DNA of 64,000 nt, taken from Carpediemonas membranifera BICM. Lineage: Eukaryota; Protista; Fornicata. The notes beneath the pieces were generated by a model. It was given only the letters and a program-made list of their open reading frames with translations, ran no database searches and was not told where the DNA came from. The stretch is taken from positions 404,834 through 468,833 of the forward strand of contig JAHDYR010000024.1 in assembly GCA_019828565.1 (NCBI GenBank), in the 5' to 3' direction. Of this stretch, positions 51,890 through 62,784 are shown one piece after another. Position 1 is the stretch's first letter. Every line of letters starts with the position of its first letter. A program made the translations under genes and the position numbers.

Positions 51890-54031
51890 ATGGCGACGAG
51901 CTACAGTGTTGCTCAAATCAAGGAGAAGGTTCACGAAATTGCCCATGGTGAGTTCGCTGAGAGAATTGCGGCCGAGGGCTTCAAGCCTTGCATGAGTGGC
52001 ATGCTTTTCCAGGTGAACGGCGCTTTCCCGAAGATGTGGGGCTTCATCGACCTTCCTAAGGAGGAAAAGGCCAAGTACAAGAACCCTTACAACTTCCTCT
52101 ACGCGATCTGCGAGGAGCTCGGCCTCACGCCCATCGTCGAGGCCGCTCCTGTTGAGCGCGAGGTCAAGGCCGAGCCCGCCGCCGCCGAGCCCGCTGACCC
52201 CTTCACCAACGTTCCTACGAGCAACAAGCGCCTGCCCATCATGCGCGAGGCGTCTCTTGAGTTCTCCGAGCCCGGTGTCGAGGGCGGCATCCCCGCCTTC
52301 GTCGACCCCGCGACCGACGCCAACGAGGAGGACAACAAGGCCCGCGCCGCCTACCTGTCCGACAAGACATGGTGCGGCCGGGTTCTGTCTGAGCACGATA
52401 AGGTGCTCAAGGACTACGGCAACCTGACGTGCCTGACCCGCTTCCCCCCGGAGCCCAACGGGTATCTCCACATCGGCCATGCCAAGAGCATGTTCCTGAA
52501 CTTCAACTACGCCAAGCAGCACAACGGCAAGACCATCCTCCGCTTCGATGACACGAACCCAGAGAAGGAGAATGTAGAGTTCGTCGAGAGCATCAAGGCT
52601 GACGTCCACTGGATGGGCCATGAGATATTCAAGACGACCTTCACCTCGTCCTACTTCCCCCGCCTCTACGCCATCGCCGTCGAGTTCATCAAGGCCGGCC
52701 TGGCCTACGTCGACGACCAGACCGACGCGGATATGAAGCTGTACCGCGGCACCAAGCCCGACGGCACCCAGTGCGAGCCCCGCGACCCGCCCTGCCGCTT
52801 CAACTCAATCGAGACCAACCTGCGCGAATTCCAGCGCATGAAGGACGGTTTCTACCGGGAGGGCGAACGCACCCTTCGCCTGAAGATCGACATGCGCCAC
52901 GCCAACCCCACGATGCGCGATCCCGTAGCCTACCGCATCAAGTTCTGCGAGCACCACCGCACGGGCACGGAGTGGTGCATCTACCCCTCCTACGACTTCT
53001 CCCACTGTCTTATCGACTCATTTGAGGACATCACACACTCCATGTGTACCCTGGAGTTCCAGATCAGGCAGATCGTGTACAACTACGTCACGGAGCGGGC
53101 CAAGGTGTACCTCCCGATGCAGTGGGAGTTCAACAGACTGAACCTCACACAGACAGTCATGAGCAAGCGGAAACTCCTCCAGCTGGTGACGGACAAGCAC
53201 GTTAGAGGGTGGGACGACCCCCGCATGCCCACCATCCGCGGCCTCAGACGCCGCGGCTTCACCCCCGCTGCCCTGAACGCCCTGTGCGCGGCGGCTGGCG
53301 TGACCAGGTCTGACTCGCAGACGATCAGGGCGTCGCTGCTGGAGAGGTGCGTGAGAGAGGACCTCGATGCCTCGGCTCCCAGGGCATTCGCGGTTGTCAG
53401 CCCAGTCAAGGTCGTGATCGAGAACTTCGCCGAGCTGCTCGCCACCCACCCCGACTCGGCCACAGTCGAGGGCGATGCCATAATCTGCACCCACCCTCTT
53501 AAGGTCACCGCGGACACGTACACGGAACGGCTGACGTCCGAGCTCTTCATCGAGGAATCCGACTTCATGGCCACCCCCACCAAGGGCTTCCTCCGCCTCT
53601 TCCCGGGCGGCAGCGTCGGCCTCCGCTTCGGCCCTACCATCCAGCTTGCCAAGGAGGGCGCCGTGTTCACCGAGGGCGGCATGACCGTGCTGCGCGTCAC
53701 TGGTGTCTGGGGCGCGACTCCCTCGAAGTTCATCCATTGGGTGTCCGCCGCGGACGCTGTCCCTGCCGAGGTCCGGCTCTACGGACCCCTGTTCGAGGAC
53801 GAGAAGCCTGACCTCTCGGACGGCTGGGAGAAGCGACTCAACCCGGACAGCCTCGTCGTCAAGCGCGGGTACGTCAGCAGGTTTGTCGCCGAGACCGCAC
53901 GCATCGAGGGTCACTACCAGTTCGAGCGTCTTGGTTTCTTTGTCGTCGACAAGGACACCGTGATGACCAAGGGCAAGGTGACTAGCCTCGTCGTCAACCG
54001 TACCGTAGGACTCCGCGACAGTTTCAAGTAA
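51890..54031 (+). CDS. QARS: Glutaminyl-tRNA synthetase
   Basis: TRFPPEPNGYLHIGHAK, LRFDDTNPEKE, WCIYPSYD, VMSKRKL and YQFERLGFF. The start is probably MATSYS at 51890 (51809 is possible). Confidence 0.95.
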   Translation: MATSYSVAQIKEKVHEIAHGEFAERIAAEGFKPCMSGMLFQVNGAFPKMWGFIDLPKEEKAKYKNPYNFLYAICEELGLTPIVEAAPVEREVKAEPAAAEPADPFTNVPTSNKRLPIMREASLEFSEPGVEGGIPAFVDPATDANEEDNKARAAYLSDKTWCGRVLSEHDKVLKDYGNLTCLTRFPPEPNGYLHIGHAKSMFLNFNYAKQHNGKTILRFDDTNPEKENVEFVESIKADVHWMGHEIFKTTFTSSYFPRLYAIAVEFIKAGLAYVDDQTDADMKLYRGTKPDGTQCEPRDPPCRFNSIETNLREFQRMKDGFYREGERTLRLKIDMRHANPTMRDPVAYRIKFCEHHRTGTEWCIYPSYDFSHCLIDSFEDITHSMCTLEFQIRQIVYNYVTERAKVYLPMQWEFNRLNLTQTVMSKRKLLQLVTDKHVRGWDDPRMPTIRGLRRRGFTPAALNALCAAAGVTRSDSQTIRASLLERCVREDLDASAPRAFAVVSPVKVVIENFAELLATHPDSATVEGDAIICTHPLKVTADTYTERLTSELFIEESDFMATPTKGFLRLFPGGSVGLRFGPTIQLAKEGAVFTEGGMTVLRVTGVWGATPSKFIHWVSAADAVPAEVRLYGPLFEDEKPDLSDGWEKRLNPDSLVVKRGYVSRFVAETARIEGHYQFERLGFFVVDKDTVMTKGKVTSLVVNRTVGLRDSFK

Positions 54032-54075
54032 ACCAGGGCATAAACTGCGGGATGATTTACTGTGCATGTTTATAT

Positions 54076-54892
54076 TTATTGGGGCAGCAGGGCGAGGGCC
54101 TCCTCGAGATGCGCCCGGATCCCAACAACGTCCTTCCACTCAATCGCCGAGTTCACGATCTTGATATGCCGATGCAGCTCCTTGATAGTATCGGCGTCCA
54201 GTGTCACGGGCTTAGGGGACTTCACAGGACTCACGGCGGGCCGGGCCGGCGAGGGCGTGGCCACTGGGGCTGGCTTAGGCGCCGGCTCGGTCGGGATGGG
54301 GTGCTGCGCCCTGGCCTCGTTGGCTAGCTCGGCCTCCAGCTGCGCCAGTTCGTCTGACACGTCGACGGGCTGCCCCGCCTCCATCGCGGCGATGTCAGCC
54401 CTAGTCCGGTCATCGGCCACCTGCTTGGCGATGGCAGTTGCCCTGAACTTGGCGTAGCGTGTCTTATCTGAGTAATCGGTGTCAACAGAGTCCTTGAAGG
54501 ACGTCAGCGCCTCAAGGAACGCCGCTGCCGCACGGAACTTGGCCGCGGTGGCCTTGCTGACGTCGCCGGTCTTGTCTGCTGTGTTATATGAGCTGGGGGA
54601 ACGAACCCTTGTCTGCGTTGATGAAGACGGACACCGCGAACGACTCGAGCTTCTTGGCCTGGTCAGCTCTGGCTATGGCGTGCTCATCCATCGCCTCCAT
54701 GAGGTCCATCATCTTCGAAAGAAACGCCGTGGACGCCGGGTCCGTCGCTTGGCCTTGCTTTCTCATCACCATGGCCCTGTCAAGGGCGTGCACGAGAAGG
54801 GCGTAGGACACGACGGGATTGATGCTCTTTAGTTCATAGTGGCGCTCTAGTATATACCGCAGCGATTGGAGGGCCTGTGGGATTTGCTCCAT
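54076..54892 (-). CDS. VTA1: Vta1/LIP5-like ESCRT-associated protein; intron at 54579-54606
   Basis: After splicing: PVVSY, FA..VFINADKADKTG...F.AA..FLE.L and YAKF.A..I. The C-terminus has a VSL-like SAIEWKDV...LEEAL.LL. Confidence 0.85.
54579..54606 (-). other. 28-nt intron
   Basis: GTTCGT...ATAACACAG. Confidence 0.9.
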
Positions 54893-54949
54893 TCGTTGTT
54901 TTCGTGGTTTTGCTTCGTTATTTCCAGAGATCGTGACCCAGAGCCAGGG

Positions 54950-55441
54950 TCACCGCTGCGATACTGCGGCCAGCTTGCCCTTCTTCCGCTTCACGATGAC
55001 GCGTTTGATCGGGTTCGATAGCATGCTCTTGCCCTTCTTGACCTTGATCTTCTTGGCCCGACCCACTGCCTGGTCCGACGGGGCGGATACCTCTGTACTA
55101 CCGCTGTCGGCCCCATTGGACGGGGAGGCGGGCCTATGCGGGGCAGGGGGCATGAACCGCATCTGCTCGACGCTCCTCAGGGCGTCGGTGTAGATGCCGC
55201 GGAGGTCCTCGAAGGACGTGAACTGAATGGACGTCGGTGTGGATGGAACACAGGAATCATCGCTGCCGTCGCTGTCGTCATCGTTGGAAGTGCGCATGGA
55301 GAACGACAGTGGATCGTTGAGCTCGTAGAAGATGAGGCTCTCGTTCCACATCATGTACTGTTGATCAGGGACGCTGTGCGCCATTCGTTCCAACTCAAAC
55401 GCCCGTAAAGCACGGTACTCTTGTCCAACGCCTTGATCCAT
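54950..55441 (-). CDS. Hypothetical protein with an acidic patch and a basic C-terminus
   Basis: 163-aa ORF with coding-like composition and a Lys-rich NLS-like tail. Confidence 0.6.
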   Translation of the reverse strand: MDQGVGQEYRALRAFELERMAHSVPDQQYMMWNESLIFYELNDPLSFSMRTSNDDDSDGSDDSCVPSTPTSIQFTSFEDLRGIYTDALRSVEQMRFMPPAPHRPASPSNGADSGSTEVSAPSDQAVGRAKKIKVKKGKSMLSNPIKRVIVKRKKGKLAAVSQR

Positions 55442-55620
55442 GCCGGGGTTTGCTCCGCCCTTTCGCTTGACTCGAGATGCCCCAAGACTGCGAAGCTGAG
55501 GGCCGCATGGGCGTCAGCCTGGTGTAATGGGGGAGATTGCAGTCGACATCCCACAGACCCCTAGATCGTGACCAATCATTTCCAATTTTGATCGATCGGA
55601 AAGGTCACCGGCACGCACAG

Positions 55621-58600
55621 ATGCCTGCGACCGATACTCAGAAGAACCGGAACAACATTAGAGTAATATGTCGATTTAGGCCACAAAACGGTAAGGAGAA
55701 GAAGGCAGGTGGAGCAGATTGCGTGAACTACGGCGAGGACGACCATTCCGTCGCCATTTCAGGGAAAGGGTTCGGAGCCACGATGAAGATGTTCACATTT
55801 GACCGAGTTTTCAACGCTAGCAGCACGCAGGCGGATGTCTTCGAGACCGCTGCCGCCCCTGTTGTTGACGAAGTCTTCAAGGGCTACAACGGCACCATAT
55901 TCGCCTACGGCCAGACCTCAGCCGGTAAGTACCACGCCACCCCCTCACGCAGGTAAGACGCACACTATGCAAGGTCCGGACCTCGACGACTTCCACAACC
56001 GGGGTCTCATTCCCCGCATCATCGACAGCGTCTTCACACACTTAGAGGAGGCCGACGCCTCCCTCGAGTTCAGCATCAAGGTCAGCTACGTCGAGATCTA
56101 TATGGAGAAGATCCGAGACCTGCTGGACGTCAGCAAGGCTAACTTGCCCATCCACGAGGACCGCACTCGCGGCATCTTTATCGGCGGCGTCACCGAGATC
56201 CACGTCGGGTCGCCCGAGGAGATCGTCAACGTCATGAAGCTCGGGGCTAGAAACCGCATCGTCGCCTCTACCAACATGAACGCCGACTCGTCCCGCTCCC
56301 ACGCCCTGTTTATCGTCACACTCACCCAGGTACACAGCGAGAGCGGGAGTAGGAAGGACAGCCGGTTGTACCTCGTCGACCTGGCGGGCAGTGAGAAGGT
56401 GGGCAAGACAGGGGCCGCGGGACAGACGCTGGAGGAGGCTAAGATGATCAACAAGAGTCTGGCGGCCCTCGGCAACGTCATCAACGCGCTGACCGACCGC
56501 AAGACGAACCACGTCCCCTACCGCGACTCCAAGCTGACCCGTGTGCTGCAGGAGAGTCTCGGGGGCAACAGTCTGACCACGCTCATCGTGTGCTGCTCGT
56601 CGTCCTCGTTCAACGCGCCAGAGACGGTTTCGACCCTCAGGTTTGGCGAGCGGGCCAAGATGATCGAGAACAAGGCCAAGGTCAACCAGGAGCGGAGTGT
56701 CGCCGAGTACAAGGCCCTGCTCAAGGCCGCCCACGACGAGATCGCCCGGCTCAAGGGCAAGACGGGTTCCTCGGACTCTCTGCCGACGGAGAACGACGAG
56801 GACCTGCAGGCTGAGCTCGAGGAGGTGCGGCAGGCTCTGGAGAACGCGAGAGAGGACCTCACTGTCGCCAAGGAGGAACTCGAGGCCGCCAAGGACAGGT
56901 CGGCCCTGGACTCGGCCCTGGACGCCCTGAACGCCGTCACTGGCGAGAGGGACAAGCTCATCGACGAGCTGGAGGACGCGCTGACCCAGATCGAAGCGTT
57001 CACCATGGACCGTGACGACCAGCTGGCCGAGATGGAGGCGCTGCGGGATGAGATCGCGGCACTGCGGGAGACAGCACCACCCCCGACTACGGTTGTCTGC
57101 GGCACCCAGACGGAGCTGAGGCCCGCAGACGACTCAGACTCGGAGTACGACTCGAGTGACTCTGACTCGAGTGACTCTGACTCGAGTGACTCAGCGGCCA
57201 CGGACACGACTCGGTCGGACACTGCGACGACAGACGCCCCCAACACTGACACGACGGCCTCGATGTCGCCCCTGCGGAAGACGATCGCCGTCATCCCCGG
57301 TACCGATGCCGCGGTCCAGACGGAGCCATGGTCAGACCCCAGAGTCGCCGCGGCAGAGGCTGAGGCCACGCGGCTGCAGTCGGACCTCGACACGGCCCAG
57401 GCCGAGCTCGCAGGAGTGACAGCGGAGTTGGCCGAGGCGAAGGCGTCGCACGAGGCTGACCTGGCCCGTATTGAGGGCGAAGAAGCCCAGCGCGTGAAGG
57501 CCGAAGCGGCGACCCGTAACGAGCTTGAGGACGCCCGGTCGCAGGTGACCGAGCTCCAGGCGACTGTGGCACGACTCGAGGCCCAGCAGGCGGCCGGTGA
57601 GCTTATGGAGACGGACGAGGAGTCCGAGGCGGAGTCAGACAGTGACGACAGCGAAGCCCTGCAGGCCACGATTGCCCAGCTGGAGAAGGCCAATGGTGCC
57701 CTCCGGTCTGAGCTGGCAGACGCCCAGTCCTCCCTGACGCAGGCCCGGACGACGCTGGAGTCCGTGCGGGCTGACCGGACGAGGCTGGAGGCGGAGAAGC
57801 ACGGACTGCGGTGGCATCTGGAGAAGATCAAGGCCAGCTACGCCACGCGGCTGTCTGCCGTCGACGCTCGGGAGAAGAGGGCCACCGCCCGCCTGGCAGA
57901 GGTGCAGGCCGAGCTCGTCCAGACCCGCCAGGCCTCTGCAGCAGCGGCACAGGTGGCGGAGGACGCCACTGCAGCACTGAAGGCGGAGGAGCGGCGTCTC
58001 AAGGGGGAGCTGGCGACGATGGGGGAGGACCTTAGGGACCGGTGCGATAGGGTTGTCCGGCTCGAGATCCAGCTGTGCGAGGCTAGGGAACAGCAGGAGA
58101 GCTTCCTCAAGGGCGGTGGCGGCAGCAAGGCGCTCATGCGTCGTGTGACGTTCTTGGAGCGGAACCTCGAGAACATCAGCGCCGTCAACACCGCGCTGAC
58201 CACCCAGAACAGCAGCCTGCGGTATGCCGCACAGGTGGCAGAGAGGAAGCTCGCGGCAAGGGAGACCCGTGTCGAGCGGCTCGAGACGCTGGGCCGGGAA
58301 TCAGAGGCGCGGTACCGGGGCCTCATGAAGGCCAAGGACGACGAGTGCGCCAGACTCCGGGGCGTCGTCGACTCCATGCGGAAGGAGCTCGAGGTGCACC
58401 GGGCCGAGACCGCGGCGGGCCTCAGCGGTGGCAGAGAGCGGGCGACGTCCATCGGGGGGCACAACATCATGCGGCCCATCCGGGGCGGGTCCCGGTTCAC
58501 GGCGAGACACTTCCCCCAGGAGATCTCCCCGCCCAGAGTGACCACGCCAGGGTCTACCCCCGCGGAGATGAAGGCGCTGGGACAGGGGCCGATGCACCCC

Positions 58601-58843
58601 GTCAGGGAGGACGGGCCAGCCACACCCAGTGCCGTGCCGCGTGTGACCTCACCCCTGGCCGCACCGTCGACGCCCAGCCCGAGAGCGCAGACTGCGAGGA
58701 CCCCATCGATGACGCTGGACACAATGATGGCTGGGGATGGCGAGGGTGACGTGACAGTCGCACCGGTCAGCGCCAGACCCGCCAAGAGCCGGAAGCGGTC
58801 AAACCTGGGCAACTTCTTCAGGCAGCAGACGCAGGGGAAATGA
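55621..58843 (+). CDS. Kinesin heavy chain (kinesin-1-like); intron at 55925-55952
   Basis: VICRFRP, IFAYGQTSAGKTHTM (after splicing), SSRSH, LVDLAGSEKV and HVPYRDSKLTR. Long coiled coil and an IAK-like tail motif NIMRPIRGG. Confidence 0.95.
55925..55952 (+). other. 28-nt intron splitting the P-loop
   Basis: GTAAGT...CTCACGCAG restores GQTSAGKT. Confidence 0.95.
57149..57192 (+). repeat. Coding 15-bp tandem repeat (GACTCGAGTGACTCT, ~3 copies) encoding DSSDS
   Basis: Read directly from the sequence. Confidence 0.9.
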
Positions 58844-59019
58844 TCAGACACACGTGGATAAATGAGGAGGTTAATGGGATTGTGGGGATGCGGCTGTGAT
58901 CATCTACCGCATGGGAGCACTGTACAGGCTGCTGGCACCCTCCTGTCGCTGTGTTGGCCGTTGCAGGATATGCATCGTCACGACGACACCAGCCGACAGA
59001 AATAGTGAGGTTGGGCTAG

Positions 59020-61848
59020 ATGGTGAACTACAAGCTCGGTATCATGCATGTTCAGGTCGTAGGATGCGATGTGAATGCGCCGTGTGTCAAGATCACCGTT
59101 GACAGCGATCTTACATCCTATATTGATCTTAGCAAGCCTAAAAAGACCACAGATACGCTAGTACATGAACGTGCGACGTGCCTTGGCAATAGCGACTTTC
59201 TCCTACCCTTTAATATGGCGTTGAAGTTCATGGAGACGAAACTTCAGCGCCTGGGCCCACTAGAAGCGCCATTCCTGACATTCCACATCCGGAAGAAGAA
59301 GCCAGGCTTGTTCAGGACGACGTACGAGGACGTTGACATGATCCAGGCCCATCTCTCCCGCGCCACGGTCCTCAGGGGACCGCTGGAAGCCCCCGTCGAT
59401 CTGGAGCTGAAGGACGCCGCCGACCACGTCCGGGGGAAGATCAGGGTGCACGCCATGCTCATTAGGAAGGACTCTGAGCAAGAGGAGTACAACGACAAGG
59501 TGCGTCGGTTCGCGGAGGCCGTGTCTTCTGAGAAGAAGAAGCTCGAGACCGCCGATAGGATCCAGAAGCGGGGGTCACCGGGAAAGGAGAGCGCGGCTCA
59601 GTTCCCTGACCCCCTGAACGGTAATAGCGGCGCCGAGGACCGCGCGGCCGAGGAGCAGGCCCGTAAGGAGAAGCGTGCGAGGGTGCTTGCGGCCATGCAG
59701 GGCGGGACACTCAACCCAGCGGCACTCAAGCCTAAGCCAGAGGGCCCTCCTGCCGACTGGGCCCGTGTGGAGCATGTCAGTGTGAGCTCCGTGCTTGCCC
59801 TTGTCGAGGCGGAGGTGCAGGGCCTACTGGAGGTCCACAGGGGGTCAGCCCAGGAGGCACAGCTCACTGCACACCTCGAGAAGGTCCGTAGTAGGATGGC
59901 GAGGATCGACGCTATGCGGCAGGCTGGCCTTACTGACGAGAAGTACGCTGGGCTCATCACCAAGGCCACTACCAAGTGGGCAGCCTATGCCCAGCAATTC
60001 GCAGCGATGAAGACGGACCCTAAGGCGGCCAGGAACGAGCAGCGGGCCGTACTATGGGTCAACACCGCGAAGGCCGAGCTCGTCTGTGTCCGAGCGGGGA
60101 CCCAGCCGCAGCCCGCGGCCCCCGTGTCTGTGGGCGGTGTGGAGCTGCCCCCGGTCGACTGGCGCAGTGCAGCTAATGTGCCGGTGCATGACGTCCTCGA
60201 AGCGATGGAGGTGGAGACGTACGAACTATTCCAGACGAAGTCAGAGCAGGGGGTGGGGCCGGAGCTACTGCAGCAGATCCAGGAGATCCTCAGGGATGTC
60301 CAGAAGGCTAAGAACAAGATGGAGGACGACTTCGAGGCCGGTACGCTGACGTATGCCGATTACCTCCCCCGAGTCGCCCGTAGTGTTGCCCTGTGGACGG
60401 ACTATGGGCGCAGGTTCGGGCAGGCTAAGACCATGGACCCTAAGTACGGCGGGCAGGAGAGGAAGGCGATGCGGTGGGCCGACATCGCCAGGACGGAGCT
60501 GACGGAGACATGCGAGGCAGAGGGCATCCCAGTTCCTTCTATAGGGCAGGCTGCACAGCCGGCGGAGTCCAAGCCCCAGCCTGTAGTACCCGTACCTGTT
60601 CCCCAGCCCGTGCCCCAGGCCGTGCCATCCCAGTACGAGCAGCCTCCCGATGATTGGAATGACGTGGCCAATGTGTCTGTGAATGACGTCCTTGATCTCA
60701 TGCAGGAGCAGGCGTACACAGTGTTCGACACGAGACGAGCTCAGGGCGACAGTGAGGAGAACCTCAAGGTGATCCTGGACACACTCCGCCGGGTACAGGA
60801 CAAGATGAAGAAACTCGAGGACGACTTTGACTCAGGAAGACTCACGAGCGAGGACTACATCCGCACCATCGTCGACTCGATCAAACGTTGGACTCGCTAC
60901 GCCATGCAGTTCGAGGCGACACAGGAGCAGGACCCCAAAAACGGCGGCAAGGCGCGGCGTCTGGCTAAGTGGGTTGAGCTCGCCACCAACGAGCTCCACA
61001 TCATGTGCGAGGACGCCGGTATCCCTGTACCCCCACTGCCCCGCATCAGGTCGCCCCCGCCGACTGACTGGGACGCCGAGGGCAGGGTGATCGCCGTGAG
61101 TGTGCTCGGGCTCATGGCCGACGTTGACCAGGCGAGAGTCTCCAAAGTCACGGCCATCGCGGGCATGACGCCGGCTAAGTACCTCGCGAAGGTCAGGGCG
61201 GCCGCTGAGTTGTGGCAGGGGTATGCAGAGGCGTTTGCTATGCTGGGCAGTACAGCAGAGACCAAGGCGCGGTTATGGGCCGAGACCGCGGCCCGGGAGG
61301 TCGTGACACGCTGCGGCGAGCTGGGGCTCGACCCCACCACCCTGCAGCCCCTGTCAGAGGCCCCGCAGCCTGCCCCGCCTGTGCAACCGGAAGCCACGCC
61401 CCAGCCGGCCCCCGTGTCGCCCGTAGAGCAGTCGCCCGAGCCATCTGTGCCGCCCGACTGGAACGACACCGCCCAGCTGGAGGTCATCAGCGTCCTTTCT
61501 ACAGTCATCGAATCACTCCGCAAGAACGAGCGTGTCAACACCCGCAAGGGCCAGGCAGAGCGGGCGCAGATGTTCCAGACCAAGGCCGACGCCCTCGACG
61601 CCAAGCTCGCCGTGCTCAAGGCCACGCTGTCGGACGGGTCGTTGCCACAAGACCGGTATGCCGCCCGATTGGAGACCATGACGACACTGTGGGAGGGTTA
61701 CGCTCAGCTGTTCGAGGCGGATGGGGACGCCGCGCACGCCAAGCTGGCGAGGGCTTGGGCCGGTCTGGCGCAAGAGGAAAAGGAGGCCCTGGCCCAGGCG
61801 GAGTCAGAGAGCGAGGTTGATGACGAGGACGAGGAGTTCCTGGTCTAG
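59020..61848 (+). CDS. CC2D1/Lgd-related protein: N-terminal C2 domain plus five tandem helical repeats
   Basis: C2-like N-terminus ending GKIRVHAMLIR. Five repeats each begin P.DW...V...VL and end A..W...A..EL. Confidence 0.65.
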   Translation: MVNYKLGIMHVQVVGCDVNAPCVKITVDSDLTSYIDLSKPKKTTDTLVHERATCLGNSDFLLPFNMALKFMETKLQRLGPLEAPFLTFHIRKKKPGLFRTTYEDVDMIQAHLSRATVLRGPLEAPVDLELKDAADHVRGKIRVHAMLIRKDSEQEEYNDKVRRFAEAVSSEKKKLETADRIQKRGSPGKESAAQFPDPLNGNSGAEDRAAEEQARKEKRARVLAAMQGGTLNPAALKPKPEGPPADWARVEHVSVSSVLALVEAEVQGLLEVHRGSAQEAQLTAHLEKVRSRMARIDAMRQAGLTDEKYAGLITKATTKWAAYAQQFAAMKTDPKAARNEQRAVLWVNTAKAELVCVRAGTQPQPAAPVSVGGVELPPVDWRSAANVPVHDVLEAMEVETYELFQTKSEQGVGPELLQQIQEILRDVQKAKNKMEDDFEAGTLTYADYLPRVARSVALWTDYGRRFGQAKTMDPKYGGQERKAMRWADIARTELTETCEAEGIPVPSIGQAAQPAESKPQPVVPVPVPQPVPQAVPSQYEQPPDDWNDVANVSVNDVLDLMQEQAYTVFDTRRAQGDSEENLKVILDTLRRVQDKMKKLEDDFDSGRLTSEDYIRTIVDSIKRWTRYAMQFEATQEQDPKNGGKARRLAKWVELATNELHIMCEDAGIPVPPLPRIRSPPPTDWDAEGRVIAVSVLGLMADVDQARVSKVTAIAGMTPAKYLAKVRAAAELWQGYAEAFAMLGSTAETKARLWAETAAREVVTRCGELGLDPTTLQPLSEAPQPAPPVQPEATPQPAPVSPVEQSPEPSVPPDWNDTAQLEVISVLSTVIESLRKNERVNTRKGQAERAQMFQTKADALDAKLAVLKATLSDGSLPQDRYAARLETMTTLWEGYAQLFEADGDAAHAKLARAWAGLAQEEKEALAQAESESEVDDEDEEFLV

Positions 61849-61920
61849 TGTGTCGTGTAAAGCAGCAGTTTCAGCTCCGAGAATACATCTGAACATCTGA
61901 ACCAAAGATAGGAAAAGAAC

Positions 61921-62775
61921 ATGGGGGCTGGCAGCAGCAAGAAGAAGAAAGTAACAAGCAGATGCGTTTACTATGATGGCAGTGACGCTTTCCTGGCCGC
62001 ATTAGAGCCGGTACTCCTGCGGGAACCAGGCCGCCACTCATTCATGTTCGGAATCGTCCACAACTGCGAAGAGTTCCATGGATTTGGCGTCTACAGGGGA
62101 GATGAACTTGTCCTAGTTGCCATTCAGACGCCGCCGAGGCCCCTTGTTGCAGGTACCGTTGGCTCCCACGAGGTCTCCAAGGACGAGGTTGCCCTCCTGA
62201 TCGACGAGGTCGCCGCGAACGATCTCGTGCTCCCTGGCATCAATGCAGACGTCGCCGTTGCTGAGATGATCGCGGCCGAACACGCCTACCGCTCGGGCCA
62301 GCTCTACGAGGAGGACATCCACCTGAACCTGTACGCCCTGGACAGCAGCCCAGAGAGCACCGGGGGCGAGCTCAGAGCGCCCACGGAGGCTGAGCTGCCC
62401 CTGGTGAACCGGTGGGTGTCAGAGTTCTACGCCGAGGTCATCCACGAGCCCGACCGGGCCTGCCCAGCCATGGGGGTGGGTGAGATGCCCTCACTGGCGC
62501 TATGGGTGGTGGACGGTGCCCCTGTGAGCATGCTCCAGTTCGTCCTCCCCACCCCGGCCAGCACGATGGTCACCCATGTCTACACGCCACCAGACAACAG
62601 GGGAAAGGGGTACGCCACTGGCATGGTCGCCGCGGCCGCTGCTAAGGCGGTGCAGGATAAGGGGCTGATATGCCTGCACGCCCACGCCGCCAACCCGGCG
62701 TCCAACCAGGTTTACCGGACGGTCGGGTTCGATCAGCTCCTGGTGAGGGCACTGTACTACTTTAAACTCCCTTAA
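61921..62775 (+). CDS. Bacterial-type GNAT acetyltransferase with an N-terminal MG-polybasic extension
   Basis: HVYTPPDNRGKGYA..MVA and NPASNQVYRTVGF; N-terminus MGAGSSKKKK. Confidence 0.88.
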   Translation: MGAGSSKKKKVTSRCVYYDGSDAFLAALEPVLLREPGRHSFMFGIVHNCEEFHGFGVYRGDELVLVAIQTPPRPLVAGTVGSHEVSKDEVALLIDEVAANDLVLPGINADVAVAEMIAAEHAYRSGQLYEEDIHLNLYALDSSPESTGGELRAPTEAELPLVNRWVSEFYAEVIHEPDRACPAMGVGEMPSLALWVVDGAPVSMLQFVLPTPASTMVTHVYTPPDNRGKGYATGMVAAAAAKAVQDKGLICLHAHAANPASNQVYRTVGFDQLLVRALYYFKLP

Positions 62776-62784
62776 ACTATCCGA

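Noticed and set aside
55519-55560. TGGTGTAATGG resembling a tRNA D-arm
   Set aside because: No anticodon or T-arm (GTTCRA) follows. No tRNA or rRNA was recognised anywhere in the window.
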